Source: Polyangiales bacterium
Lineage (GTDB): Bacteria > Myxococcota_A > Polyangia > Polyangiales > Ga0077539
Reading direction: 5' to 3'
Assembly: GCA_044229975.1 (NCBI GenBank)
Contig: JBGARZ010000001.1
Location: 160,001 to 224,000 of the forward strand
DNA: 64,000 bases
Part shown: positions 20,572 to 30,769 of the stretch, in pieces
Layout of the letters: each line of letters begins with the position of its first letter
Numbering within the stretch: the stretch's first letter is position 1
Program-made: the position numbers and the translations under genes
Notes under the pieces: generated by a model
Told to the model about the DNA's origin: nothing
The model's input: only the letters and a program-made list of their open reading frames with translations
Databases searched by the model: none

Positions 20572-21972
20572 TCACTCGATCGCGATCTCATCCGGGGAGG
20601 GCGCGCGCACGGGAGGGCGCGGCGATCGGCGCGGCGGGGCAGCGATGCGGGGCGGCGGGGCGGGCACCGGCGCCGGGGGGGACGCGTGCGGAGCGGCCGG
20701 GATGACCACGAACTCACGCATGGCAGCGGGGGGCGCGGGCGGCAACGTCGCCTCCGACGTCGAGGCGTGCAGCGTCGCCCGGCGCGCGGTGGTCGGTGCC
20801 CCGCGGTGCCGCGCGACCAACGCCCCGGCGGCCAGCGCGAAGAGCGCAACGAGCGCGGCGGCGGCGGCGACGGCGCGGCGGAGACCGTTGCGGACGGGAC
20901 GCGTCGTCGCCGTGGGTGTGGGCCGAACGACTGCCACGGGATCGCGCTGCGCGACCGCCGGCCCCGACGGCCGCCACGTCTCGTCGAGGGGCGGCGCCGA
21001 CGGGCGATCGGCCGCGGCCTCCCAGGCTCTCTGCGCGTCGTCGAGCGTCGCGTCGAGGGCGCTCAAGAGCTCCGAGGCGTGGGCGTGGCGCGCGGTCGGG
21101 TCGATGGACAGCGCGCGGGCGAGGACCAGCTCCCACGGGCCGACTTCGACGCAGAAGGTGCCCGGCGTCGGACGGACTGGCGCGCTGATGGCGGCGAAGA
21201 GCTCGATGGTGGTGCGGCCCCGGTACGCGCGCTCGCCGACGAGCGCCTCCACGAGCAGCAGCGCGAGGGCGTGCACGTCCGTCCACGGCCCGGTGCGGAG
21301 GCGGCCCACCTGCTCGGGCGCCGCGTGCGAGAGCGAGAACGCCGACGTCGCGTCGCCCGTGCGCTCGGTGGGGTTCGGCGCGGCCTCGTCGGCGCGCAGG
21401 GCCTTCGCGACGCCGAAGTCGAGCACCTTCGTCGCCGACACCCCGCGGCGAGGAACCGTCACCATGATGTTGGCGGGCTTGAGGTCGCGGTGGACGACGC
21501 CTGCCTCGTGGGCGCTCGCGATGGCGTCGAACACCGGGCGCAGGAGCTCGAAGGCCTCGCGGGGGCCGTGCCGTCGGTTCGCCCGCGCGCGGAGCGATGT
21601 CTCCAGCGTCGCGCCGTCGAGCCACTCCATCACCATGAACGGGTGCGCGCGCCCCTCGATGGGCGTCACGCCGACGTCGAGCGCCCGCACGATCGCAGGG
21701 TGCTGCAGCGCAGCCACCAGCCGCGCCTCCTTCTCGAAGGCCTCGGCGAACTGTTCGCGCAGCGCGTCCCCAGGCGCCTCGTGGACGGCGAGCACCTTGA
21801 TCGCGACGGGACAGCCCAGCGCAGGGTGGGTGCTCCGATAGACCGCACCGTAGCCGCCGCGCGCGACGAAGGACTCCAGCTTGAAACGCGCGTCCAGCGT
21901 CGTCCCCGCGAGGCCCTCGATGCCGTGGTCGTCGTCGCTCACCCGGGAGCGCGATGATCCATCACCAGCCAA
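20572..21972 (-). CDS. Serine/threonine protein kinase (Hanks type), single TM
   Basis: ARGGYGAVY, VAIKVL, HRDLKPANI, DFG, APEQ; TM helix near C-terminus. Confidence 0.92.
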   Translation of the reverse strand: MAGDGSSRSRVSDDDHGIEGLAGTTLDARFKLESFVARGGYGAVYRSTHPALGCPVAIKVLAVHEAPGDALREQFAEAFEKEARLVAALQHPAIVRALDVGVTPIEGRAHPFMVMEWLDGATLETSLRARANRRHGPREAFELLRPVFDAIASAHEAGVVHRDLKPANIMVTVPRRGVSATKVLDFGVAKALRADEAAPNPTERTGDATSAFSLSHAAPEQVGRLRTGPWTDVHALALLLVEALVGERAYRGRTTIELFAAISAPVRPTPGTFCVEVGPWELVLARALSIDPTARHAHASELLSALDATLDDAQRAWEAAADRPSAPPLDETWRPSGPAVAQRDPVAVVRPTPTATTRPVRNGLRRAVAAAAALVALFALAAGALVARHRGAPTTARRATLHASTSEATLPPAPPAAMREFVVIPAAPHASPPAPVPAPPPRIAAPPRRSPRPPVRAPSPDEIAIE

Positions 21973-22015
21973 CCACCCGCAACCTCTCCTGATTCGACAC
22001 CAGCCGCCTGCGGGC

Positions 22016-23269
22016 TCACCGCGGCAGCAGCGTCGTCACGGGCGTCGCCTGGTCGTCGTTGGTGCCCGAGCCGAGCTGCCCGTCGGTTCCGCTTCCCCAG
22101 CAGCGCACGCGTCCGTCGGCCAGGGCCACGCAGGTGTGCGTGTTGCCCGCGGCCGCCAACACCACGCTGCCTCCGATGCCCTCGACGACGGTGGGCATCA
22201 GGCGGCGGCGGGTGGACCCGTCGCCGAGCTGTCCGCGCGAGTTGGCGCCCCAGCACTGGAGCCCGCCGCCGTCGCTCCACGCGCAGGTGTGCTGGTCGCC
22301 GACGCTGACGCCGAGCACGGAGTCGCCGACGATGGGCACGCGCGTCGGGCGCGTCCGTTGGACGAGCGTCCCGTCCCCGACGCCCCCGTCGGCGTTGTAG
22401 CCCCAACACCACAGCTCACCGCCTTCCAGCCGCGCGCAGGTGTGGTTCGACCGCGAGCTGATGGCGGTCGCGCCGCGCGCGAGCTCGACTGGCACGGGCA
22501 GGGTGCGGTTGATGACCGTCCCATCGCCCAGCGCGCCGAACATGTTGAGGCCCCAGCAGCGCACGCCACCGCCCTCCAGGCGCGCGCAGGTGTGGTACTG
22601 GCCCGCGATGATGTCGACGGCCGGGCCGTCGAGGCTGCGCACCTCCGCCGGCATCGTCCGCAGGAGGTAGGACCCGTCGCCGATGGCGCCCTGCGGGTTG
22701 TTGCCCCAGCACCAGACGCTGCCTCCCTCCACGAGCGCGCAGGTGTGTTCACCTCCCGCGGCCACGGCCACCGCGGGGCGGCCGAGCCCGACGACTGCGA
22801 CCGTCCCGCTCGACACCTCGCGGTTGCCGCTGCCCAACTGTGCGTTGGCGTTGTCTCCCCAGCAGCGCACGGTGCCCTGCACGACCGCGCACGCGTGCGA
22901 GAAGCCCGCGGCGATGGCCGTGGCGCCTCCGCCGAGGTCGCGCACGGCCACCGGGATCGCGCGCGAGGTGCGCGTCCCGTCGCCGAGCTGGCCAAAGGCG
23001 TTGGAGCCCCAGCACCAGACGGTCCCGTCACAACGGAGGGCGCAGGTGAAGTCGTAGTAGCCGCTGACGAGCGCCCGCACCGGGACGCCCACGCACGACC
23101 GCACCGACGCCTCCGGGGCGACGTCGGCGACCGCGTCCACGACGGAGGCATCGACGGAGGCGTCGATGGGAGCGCACCGCGGTCCCACGCAGGCGTCGAC
23201 GGGCGGAACCCACCCATCCGTCACGCACGACGCGAGCGCGAGCAGCCACGTCGACGCAAGCGCGCGCAC
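22016..23269 (-). CDS. RCC1-repeat beta-propeller lipoprotein
   Basis: Lipobox LASC; seven RCC1-type repeats (HTCA...CWGxNxxGxLGDG); start could extend to 23332. Confidence 0.88.
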   Translation of the reverse strand: MRALASTWLLALASCVTDGWVPPVDACVGPRCAPIDASVDASVVDAVADVAPEASVRSCVGVPVRALVSGYYDFTCALRCDGTVWCWGSNAFGQLGDGTRTSRAIPVAVRDLGGGATAIAAGFSHACAVVQGTVRCWGDNANAQLGSGNREVSSGTVAVVGLGRPAVAVAAGGEHTCALVEGGSVWCWGNNPQGAIGDGSYLLRTMPAEVRSLDGPAVDIIAGQYHTCARLEGGGVRCWGLNMFGALGDGTVINRTLPVPVELARGATAISSRSNHTCARLEGGELWCWGYNADGGVGDGTLVQRTRPTRVPIVGDSVLGVSVGDQHTCAWSDGGGLQCWGANSRGQLGDGSTRRRLMPTVVEGIGGSVVLAAAGNTHTCVALADGRVRCWGSGTDGQLGSGTNDDQATPVTTLLPR

Positions 23270-23384
23270 GGCGTTTGGCCCACGAAGCGCAGCGGCGGAG
23301 GGTGCGGGCGCGCGCACGTCCCGAGCGTACACGTCCGCGAGCGTCGTGGGCGTCCAATCGCGGCTCGCCCTGACGCCGATCCCG

Positions 23385-24368
23385 TCACGGCCGCCAGGGG
23401 AGACGCGTCGGTCGCGCGACGCCCGGCCGCAGCAGCGTCACGCCCCCCTCATCGATGGCCTGCACCGTGGCGCGCGCGAGGCGATCGCCCACCGTCACGA
23501 GCCACGCCTGGCGCCCGAGCGTCATCACGGCGCCGCGCGCCTGCGTCCCCGGAAGGTACGCGCGCGCCACCGGCAGCGTCCCCGCGGGGAGAGCCGCGCC
23601 GAGTTCGAGCGCTCCGTCACATCGGGTCGGCCAGACGTCTGCACCGAGGTCGCGCGTCGTCGCACGGGCGAGCGGCCACGAGAGCGTCGCCTGGAGTCCA
23701 CCACCCTGCGGCTCGACGCGCACCGTGATGAGCTCGCGCAGCCCAGGCGACACCACCATCAGCGCGAGCGTCTCGCCCAACATGGACTCGTTGTCGGCGC
23801 GCACCGTGAGGTCGAGGGTGCGTTCGGTCTCTTGCGCGGAGACGAGGCACACCCCGTTCGCCACGCGCGAGAGCGCCCGCAGCGGCTGAGCCCGCGAGAG
23901 CGCCACGGGGGTCGTCGCGGCCTCCTCGCGCCAGCCCACCACCACCCGCGATCGGATGCGTCCGGCGTGCTCCACGCGGTCGCTCGCGCAGGCGAGGTGC
24001 GCGTCCGCTGTGACCGCCGCGCACACAGACGTGGCCGTCGTCTCGCGCGCGCTGGACTGCAACAGCAGCACCCAGGTGACGCGGTCATCGTGGCGCGTCG
24101 GTGCGCCGGGCAGCGGCAGGTCGCCCGACGCACGCGACACCGCCCGCAGCGCCGCAACCGGAACCCACGGAGCGTCGAGCGCCGCGACGGGCGTCAGCGC
24201 AGAGAGAGCTTCGGTGACGGTGACGAGCGCGTCGGGTGGTGCCGGCGCAACGGGCGGCGTCACCACGGGCGGTGGCGCGGCGGCGGGCGGTGCGGGTGCT
24301 GGAGGGGGAGAGGTTGCCTGACAGGACAGAGCGAGCAGCGCGACCGAGGTGATCGCGCGTCGTCGCAT
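23385..24368 (-). CDS. Hypothetical lipoprotein, possible PilN-like plus PilP-like domains
   Basis: Lipobox LALSC; ATG overlaps the upstream OmpA gene stop (TGATG); domain resemblance by eye only. Confidence 0.6.
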   Translation of the reverse strand: MRRRAITSVALLALSCQATSPPPAPAPPAAAPPPVVTPPVAPAPPDALVTVTEALSALTPVAALDAPWVPVAALRAVSRASGDLPLPGAPTRHDDRVTWVLLLQSSARETTATSVCAAVTADAHLACASDRVEHAGRIRSRVVVGWREEAATTPVALSRAQPLRALSRVANGVCLVSAQETERTLDLTVRADNESMLGETLALMVVSPGLRELITVRVEPQGGGLQATLSWPLARATTRDLGADVWPTRCDGALELGAALPAGTLPVARAYLPGTQARGAVMTLGRQAWLVTVGDRLARATVQAIDEGGVTLLRPGVARPTRLPWRP

Positions 24369-26728
24369 CAGTTGGCGGCGGGGCGCGCGGCCGGGGCGGC
24401 GGCGCCCGTGCGGGTCAGGTGGAACTCCACGCGACGGTTGGCCGTACGGCCCACCGCGGTGAGGTTGGGGCGCACCGGGCGGGTCTGGCCGAAGCCGCGC
24501 GCGGTGAGCTTGTCGGCCGGGACGCCGAGCCGGATGAGGGTCTCGCGGACGGCCTCGGCGCGGCTCTGCGAGAGGGTCATGTTGCTCGCCGGAACGCCGA
24601 CGTTGTCGGTGTGGCCCTGGATCTCCACAGCGGTGATCTCGGGGTGGCGGTTGATGGTGTCGGCGATCTCTTCCAGGAGGGTGTTGGAGTCCGGGAGGAT
24701 GGCCGACGAGTTGGTCTGGAAGTGCACCTGCCGCATGATGGTGAGCAGGTTGCCGCGGATCGCGACGGACGCGCGCACCGGGCGGCGGGTCACGGTGATC
24801 TCGACCGCGCGGCTGGTGCGCGGCTCGACGGTCGCCTGCGTGGCGGCCGAGCCCATGTGACGGTCGCTCGACTCGACGCGCACGTTGTACGGGCCCGCGA
24901 GGAGCTCGTCGACGGTGGCGCGGCCCTGCTCGTCGGTGGTGACGGTGCGGTCGGTGGGCGCCTGCTGGCCGTTGGGCACGTTGAGGCCCGGCGCCGGCGA
25001 GATGACCACGTTGGCGTTGGCGACGGCCGCCGCGCCCTGCGACGAGACGACGTGGATGGCGAGCCCGCCGCGGCGGGGCTGCGCGCGGAGCTCACACGAG
25101 GCAGTGACCTCGGGGTCGGCGTTGGGCGCCGGAGCGGTCGAGCCCTCGGGCGCAGGCGCCGGGGCGGGCACGGTGAAGGTGCACTCGCCGGCGTTGTACT
25201 CGGGCGCCGTCACCTGGAGGCGGTACTCGCCCGGAGCGAGGTGACCCGAGCGGAAGCGACCGTCGGCCGCCGTCGCGAGGATGTGCAGGTCGGGGTGACC
25301 GGCGAAGTTGACGATCGCCCCGGGGATGCCCGCGTGGCTCTCGGCGTCGCGCACGGTGCCGAGGACGTGGCCGCCCGGCGGGGTGCGATCGACGTCGCGG
25401 TTGACCACACGCTCCGGCCCAGGGACCTCCACGCGCTCGACCGGCGGATGGATGTCGTAGGCGAAGGACGCGCCGAGGAAGAAGGTCCACGGGGTCGTCG
25501 GAGCGAGCTCGCGGACGAAGTTGGAGCTCCCGCTCGTGGCGATGTCGACGGCGAGCATGGCGGCGAGGCCGCGCACCGGCGGCAGCACGCGCGCGCCGAT
25601 GGTGAAGCGCGACGGCATCGCCGCGAAGCCCTCGCGGGCGAGGCAGGCGTCGTCATCGCCCGCGCCGCCGGGGCCCGACATGCCGGAGCCCGGCTCGAAG
25701 CACGAGTAGCTCTGACGGTTGACCGGGATGCCGACCGACCATTCGAGGAAGGGGCGCACCCACGGAAGCTCGACTTCGGCCGCGAGGTTGATGCCGAACT
25801 GGTCGACGCGGTTGATGCCGAGAGCGTTGCGCTCGATGCGCGACACTTCGAGGAAGCAGGTCGGGTCGATCGCACCCGACGCACAGCGCGCGGCGTCGTA
25901 GCCGGGCTGCGCGGCGCGGCGGCGCTCTTCGGTCTGCGACACGATCGCCGAGCTGTTGTCGAGGTAGTAGTGCGCGTTGACGTGGAAGCGCAGCGGGACG
26001 CTGGTGCGGAACTCGCGCAGATCGACGGTGCTGAGCACGCCGAAGTCAGCGCTGGTGGAGTCACCGAGCAGGCCGATGTCGCCGGAGCGGTTGAGCAGAT
26101 AGAGCGACGCGTAGCCGCCGACGTAGAGGCCACGCCAGACGCGCGCGGCGCCCTTCACACCGAGGGTGGTGTCGCCGAGCACCTGGAAGAGCGCGGGGCG
26201 CTCGCGGTCGTTGCTGTTGGCGTACGCGCGGATCGACGCGAAGATTTCGAGGAAGTCGAGGGGCGAGTACGAGAGCGTCGCGGTGCCGCCGACGTGCTGG
26301 GCCGAGTCGGTGCCGACGGTGGACGTTCCGGCGAGCGTCGGGGGGCGGAGAAACTCCGAGCCGCCGTAGTACTCACCGATGAGCCCGAAGCGGAACGACC
26401 CCGCCCCGCCGGTCTGCGCCGCGCGGGTGTGGAGCAGGCCGATGGAGCCGTCGAGGGACGAGAAGCGCGGCAGGATGCGCGTGCGACGGGCCTCGTCGGT
26501 CTCCGGCGTGCCGGGCTCTTCGGACGCGGCGGCAGGCGGCGGCGTGGCGGTGTCTTGCGTGGTGCCCGCGGCGGGCGCCGGCTCCTCGTCCTCCTCCTCG
26601 TCGTCACCCTCCTCGTCGCTCGCAGCGGCCGGGCGACCACCCGAGGGCGGGGTCTGCGCGAACGCCACGACGGGCAGGGCCATCGCCTGCGCCACGAGGA
26701 TCAAAGCCAGCCATCGAGAGTGCCGCAT
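24368..26728 (-). CDS. OmpA-family outer-membrane protein (beta-barrel, carboxypeptidase-regulatory-like domains, OmpA C-terminus)
   Basis: Signal peptide; amphipathic beta region; GTVRDAES..IPGAIV; VHFQTNSS, IQGHTDN, NMTLSQSRA, GFGQTRP, NRRVEF. Confidence 0.88.
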   Translation of the reverse strand: MRHSRWLALILVAQAMALPVVAFAQTPPSGGRPAAASDEEGDDEEEDEEPAPAAGTTQDTATPPPAAASEEPGTPETDEARRTRILPRFSSLDGSIGLLHTRAAQTGGAGSFRFGLIGEYYGGSEFLRPPTLAGTSTVGTDSAQHVGGTATLSYSPLDFLEIFASIRAYANSNDRERPALFQVLGDTTLGVKGAARVWRGLYVGGYASLYLLNRSGDIGLLGDSTSADFGVLSTVDLREFRTSVPLRFHVNAHYYLDNSSAIVSQTEERRRAAQPGYDAARCASGAIDPTCFLEVSRIERNALGINRVDQFGINLAAEVELPWVRPFLEWSVGIPVNRQSYSCFEPGSGMSGPGGAGDDDACLAREGFAAMPSRFTIGARVLPPVRGLAAMLAVDIATSGSSNFVRELAPTTPWTFFLGASFAYDIHPPVERVEVPGPERVVNRDVDRTPPGGHVLGTVRDAESHAGIPGAIVNFAGHPDLHILATAADGRFRSGHLAPGEYRLQVTAPEYNAGECTFTVPAPAPAPEGSTAPAPNADPEVTASCELRAQPRRGGLAIHVVSSQGAAAVANANVVISPAPGLNVPNGQQAPTDRTVTTDEQGRATVDELLAGPYNVRVESSDRHMGSAATQATVEPRTSRAVEITVTRRPVRASVAIRGNLLTIMRQVHFQTNSSAILPDSNTLLEEIADTINRHPEITAVEIQGHTDNVGVPASNMTLSQSRAEAVRETLIRLGVPADKLTARGFGQTRPVRPNLTAVGRTANRRVEFHLTRTGAAAPAARPAAN

Positions 26729-26882
26729 CGTCGTGTCTCCTCTACCTACTTAAGCTCTGCGCTGAGCCCACCACCGCCTTCGCGGCGGCGCGGTCATACC
26801 ATCGGGATTCTCGAAACGTCCAGACTCGGGATGGAGCGCTTCAGGCTGTGGAACCAAGCCCGCGGCACACGCGAGACACCCC

Positions 26883-27146
26883 TCAGCCGCGCGTCATCGG
26901 CTGGAGCGACAGCTCGCCGCCATCGCCCGCCACGAGCTGATCGACCCGCTTCTCCGCCGCGTCGAGCCTGCGCTGCCCGGCGCGCGTCAAGCGCACGCCC
27001 TCCTCGAAGACCCGCAGCGACTCCTCCAGCGGGAGGTCTCCCTTCTCCAGGAGCCCCACCACCTCTTCGAGTCGCTTGAGGATCGCCTCCAGCGGCATCG
27101 ACTCCTCCGCCACCACCGTCGTCCCCTCGGGCGCTTGCGCTTCCAT
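26883..27146 (-). CDS. xseB: Exodeoxyribonuclease VII small subunit
   Basis: LEAILKRLEEVVGLLEKGDLPLEESLRVFEEGVRL...LDAAEKRV. Confidence 0.92.
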   Translation of the reverse strand: MEAQAPEGTTVVAEESMPLEAILKRLEEVVGLLEKGDLPLEESLRVFEEGVRLTRAGQRRLDAAEKRVDQLVAGDGGELSLQPMTRG

Positions 27147-27181
27147 TGGCCACGGGGAATGACACCGGGGCGAGGTTGGGG

Positions 27182-28429
27182 TCAAGGTTCCGCCGCGAGC
27201 GTGGGATCGCGGGCGATGGCCGCCGCGAGCGACAGTCCGTCGAGCATCGCCGCGCTCCACGCCACCACCGTCGCCGCCTCGATCGCCCTCAGCGCGTTGA
27301 CGCCGCGACGCCGCGCCAGCGCCATCGCCGCGGTGACCCGAACCTCACCGTCCACGTCAGTCAACAGTCGACGCTCCAGCGCAGCGACGCTCTCTCCCAC
27401 TAGCAACCCAACCGATGGCCCCGTCGGTCGGACTGTTACCCTGCCTTCGAGCGCCGCGAGCGCATCGACCGCGGCCGCCCGATCACCCGGGTCAGTGTCC
27501 TGGAGGTACCGTCGCACGGCGGGCAGAGCCTCTCGATGGCCCAGGCGCGCGACAGCGCCGAGCGCAGACGCGCGGGTCAGCGGGTCGTCAATGAGGGCGA
27601 CGAGGTCTTCTGTCGCCACGCCGCCGAGGTCTCCGAGGGCGGCCGTGGCCTGTCGGCGAAGCTCCCTTTCGGGCGCGCCTCGCGCCATCGCCACCAGCGC
27701 CGGCACCGCCTCCACGAGGCGCAATGACCGCGCCGCCCACACCGCCGACGCCCGGTGGATGCGGCGATTCTGTTGGGGGGCGCGGGTGAGCTCCGCGACG
27801 ATGGCCGCGGCGGCCGAGGGGTCACCCCGTCGCGCGAGAATCCTCCAGCTCAGGGGCTCGTCCAGGGGGTGGCCCTCAAGGCTCACGTCGGGCCGGCGCG
27901 CGAGGGCGTCGAGCGACACGGCCGCGCGGTCGTCGTCGGGGACGACGAAGGCCTCCTGCCCGGCGCCCTGGCGGAGCAGCGCGGTGAGGCCGAAGGCGTG
28001 CAGCGACGCGAGGGCGATGGGCGGAGCGGCGTTGCTGAGGTTCAGCGAGTCGATGCGGGCGCCGAGCAGGGACGGATCTCGTCCGACCGGGAGCGCGAGC
28101 GCGGTGAGCGCCGTGAGCCGCGCCTCCAGGTCGGCCTCTCGCGTGAGAAACGAGAGCAGCGCCTCATCCTGGGCGAATCGCTCGGTCTCGGAGACGCCCG
28201 GGGAGTCGGTGAGACGCGAGCGCAGGAGCGCGTAGGCACCCCCGCGGCGCACGGAGAGGTCGGCGCTGCGGAGGCGTGCGGTGGGGTCGGCGCGGGCGAT
28301 GCGCCACGGCTCATCTAGCGGGTCAGCGAGGCCGGTGGCATCGTCGAGGGCGAGCGCCGCGACGAGCGGCGCCGCGATGGCGTACCATCGAAGCGATCGC
28401 AGACCGGAAGAGCTCGATCGATCACCCAT
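27182..28429 (-). CDS. HEAT-repeat protein with N-terminal signal/TM segment
   Basis: LRRQATAALGDLG, RASALGAVARLG, RAAAVDALAAL, VRVTAAMAL repeats. Confidence 0.7.
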   Translation of the reverse strand: MGDRSSSSGLRSLRWYAIAAPLVAALALDDATGLADPLDEPWRIARADPTARLRSADLSVRRGGAYALLRSRLTDSPGVSETERFAQDEALLSFLTREADLEARLTALTALALPVGRDPSLLGARIDSLNLSNAAPPIALASLHAFGLTALLRQGAGQEAFVVPDDDRAAVSLDALARRPDVSLEGHPLDEPLSWRILARRGDPSAAAAIVAELTRAPQQNRRIHRASAVWAARSLRLVEAVPALVAMARGAPERELRRQATAALGDLGGVATEDLVALIDDPLTRASALGAVARLGHREALPAVRRYLQDTDPGDRAAAVDALAALEGRVTVRPTGPSVGLLVGESVAALERRLLTDVDGEVRVTAAMALARRRGVNALRAIEAATVVAWSAAMLDGLSLAAAIARDPTLAAEP

Positions 28430-28490
28430 CACGAGACGATTGAACCTGTCGCGGGCCCCGATGGCCACCCCATAGAGCGTTCGACCCTGC

Positions 28491-29918
28491 ATGCGCATCT
28501 GCCCCACCTGCCAGCGCAGCTACCACGAAGGCACCAGTCGGTGCCCCGATGATGGCCGTCGACTGCTGACCGTGGCGGCCTTCGAGCGCGCGATGGAAGA
28601 CCCGCTCATCGGCACGGTGCTGGCTGACCGCTACGAGATCATCGACCGCCTCGGGGTCGGCGGGATGGGCACCGTGTACCGCGCCGAGCAGCGGGCCCTC
28701 GGCCGTGACGTCGCGGTCAAGGTGCTGCGCCGCGAGCTCGGTCGTGACCCCGACACGGTCGCGCGCTTTCATCGTGAGGCGCTCGCGCTCTCCAACCTGC
28801 GCCACCCCAACACCGTCGCCGTGCTCGACTTCGGGCAGACCACCGACGGGCTGCTCTTCCTCGTGATGGAGGTGCTGGAGGGCGAGATGCTCTCGACGCG
28901 CCTGCGACGCGACGGCGCCCTCCCGGTGTCCGAGGCGCTACGCATCACGACGGGCATGCTCCGCTCGCTCGGCGAGGCGCACCGGGCGGGGATCGTTCAT
29001 CGCGACCTGAAGCCCGACAACATCTTCCTGGCGCGTGTCGACGCCCACGCCGACGCCGATGAGCTCGTGAAGGTGGTGGACTTCGGCGTCGCGAAGATTC
29101 GCCCCGGCGCCAACGACGCGCCCATCGACCCCGTCGCCACCCAGGAGGGAACGGTCTTCGGAACACCCCGGTACATGTCCCCCGAGCAGGCCCAGGGGCG
29201 CACCCTCGACGGCCGCAGCGACCTCTACGCGGTCGGCGTGATGCTCTTCCAGATGCTGACGGGAACGGTTCCGTTTGGGGAGGACGACGCGGTGGTGGTG
29301 ATGGCCCACCACATCACCACGCCCGCGCCGCGTGTGCTCGACGTCGCGCCCGAGTCGGGCGTCCACTCCGAGCTCGATGACCTCGTCGCCAGCGCGCTCA
29401 AGAAGCGCCCCGCCGATCGCCCGGAGTCCGCCGAAGCCTTCCTGCGCGCCATCGAGGCGCTGCCCGTGGAGGGCGCGCGCGCCGGCATCACCAGCGGGCC
29501 CTTCGCAGGCACCGTCCGCGCCCCGATGGTGACCGCGACCCGCGCCGCGACGGCCCTCGCGCTCGCGCTCGCGCTCGGCATCGCCGGGTTCGCCACCCTC
29601 TCGCAACGCCGCAACGCCGCCCGCCCTCGCCCGGTCGCTGCGCGCACGACCACCCTCGCGCGACCCACGCCTCCACCGGCACCGGTTGCGCCCGCGCCTG
29701 CGGCGATGGTCCCCGGGCCTGCGGCGCTCGCCGCTCCGAGCGACTCGCCCGAACCCATCGAGGTCGCCGTCGCGCCGATCGAGGTCAACGTCGACGACCC
29801 GCCGCGTCGCTCGCATCACCGGTCGCGACGCCACCGCTCGTCGCAGACCCCGACGGCCTCGTCCGCTCCGACCTCGCCCGCGTCCGCCTCGCGCGGCCCG
29901 TATCCCCGCTGGGACTGA
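28491..29918 (+). CDS. Serine/threonine protein kinase with N-terminal Cys knuckle, single TM
   Basis: CPTC...CPDDG; GVGGMGTVY, VAVK, HRDLKPDNI, DFG, GTPRYMSPEQ. Confidence 0.93.
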   Translation: MRICPTCQRSYHEGTSRCPDDGRRLLTVAAFERAMEDPLIGTVLADRYEIIDRLGVGGMGTVYRAEQRALGRDVAVKVLRRELGRDPDTVARFHREALALSNLRHPNTVAVLDFGQTTDGLLFLVMEVLEGEMLSTRLRRDGALPVSEALRITTGMLRSLGEAHRAGIVHRDLKPDNIFLARVDAHADADELVKVVDFGVAKIRPGANDAPIDPVATQEGTVFGTPRYMSPEQAQGRTLDGRSDLYAVGVMLFQMLTGTVPFGEDDAVVVMAHHITTPAPRVLDVAPESGVHSELDDLVASALKKRPADRPESAEAFLRAIEALPVEGARAGITSGPFAGTVRAPMVTATRAATALALALALGIAGFATLSQRRNAARPRPVAARTTTLARPTPPPAPVAPAPAAMVPGPAALAAPSDSPEPIEVAVAPIEVNVDDPPRRSHHRSRRHRSSQTPTASSAPTSPASASRGPYPRWD

Positions 29919-29927
29919 ACCTTCAGG

Positions 29928-30545
29928 TCAGACCGCGCGCGCTGCCCTCGCCACCACCTCGCGGGTGCTCGCCCCGACGAAGGCAGGCAGCGCGATCGCG
30001 CGCCGCTCGAACACCTCGATCTCACCGAGCAGCTCGTGGTCGCGCCAGCCCGCGTGCACGAGGCCCGCGCGGCGCAGGATCTTCACCGACGCCGTGTGCC
30101 ACGCGAAGGTCGACGCCGTCACCGCACGCACACCCGACTGCGCGAGCGCCCACTCGACCATCGCGCACGTCGCCTCGGCGCCGTAGCCCATGCCCTGCGA
30201 GCTCGGCTCCACGCCGTAGGCGACCTCCACCGAGCCGTCGTCGTCGGGCGCTCCGTGAAACACCACGCTGCCGACGATGGTGCGCTCGCCCGCAGGCGTG
30301 GTCGCGATCATCAGCCGGTCGCCCCACAGTCGGAGCGAGGGGTCGGCGCGGATGCGCTCCATCGACGCGCTGAACGCCCGCTCGATGAGCGCCCTCCCCG
30401 GCCACTTCCCCGGAAACCTCGCCCCCGCGATGCGCTCGACCTCTTCGCAGTGGTCGGCCATCACCGCCTCGACCAGGTCGAGCGTGATCGGAACCAGTTC
30501 CAGGCGGGGGGTTCGCAACACCTGCATCAGCGTCGAATCAGTCAT
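29928..30545 (-). CDS. GNAT family N-acetyltransferase (RimJ/RimL-like)
   Basis: LRTPRLEL; VEVAYGV..SSQGMGYGAEA; ASVKILRRAG. Confidence 0.85.
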   Translation of the reverse strand: MTDSTLMQVLRTPRLELVPITLDLVEAVMADHCEEVERIAGARFPGKWPGRALIERAFSASMERIRADPSLRLWGDRLMIATTPAGERTIVGSVVFHGAPDDDGSVEVAYGVEPSSQGMGYGAEATCAMVEWALAQSGVRAVTASTFAWHTASVKILRRAGLVHAGWRDHELLGEIEVFERRAIALPAFVGASTREVVARAARAV

Positions 30546-30769
30546 GGGGACACCCTCTGCATTCCGCGTTCTCGCGGTGGAGGCCTCCGTCCAGAGGGCT
30601 CCCACCACGCGCGTCAACGGTCGTTCGATCACCCGGCGAACGCCACTGTTCTACGGTCTTTGTGGGACCGCAACGACGCGGCGCGTGACGGAACCGATGG
30701 CGCAACGCGGCAGTGAAGCGCGCGACGCGGTGCGAAGCGCGGGGTGCCACCCCAGGGTGTCAGGCGGGC

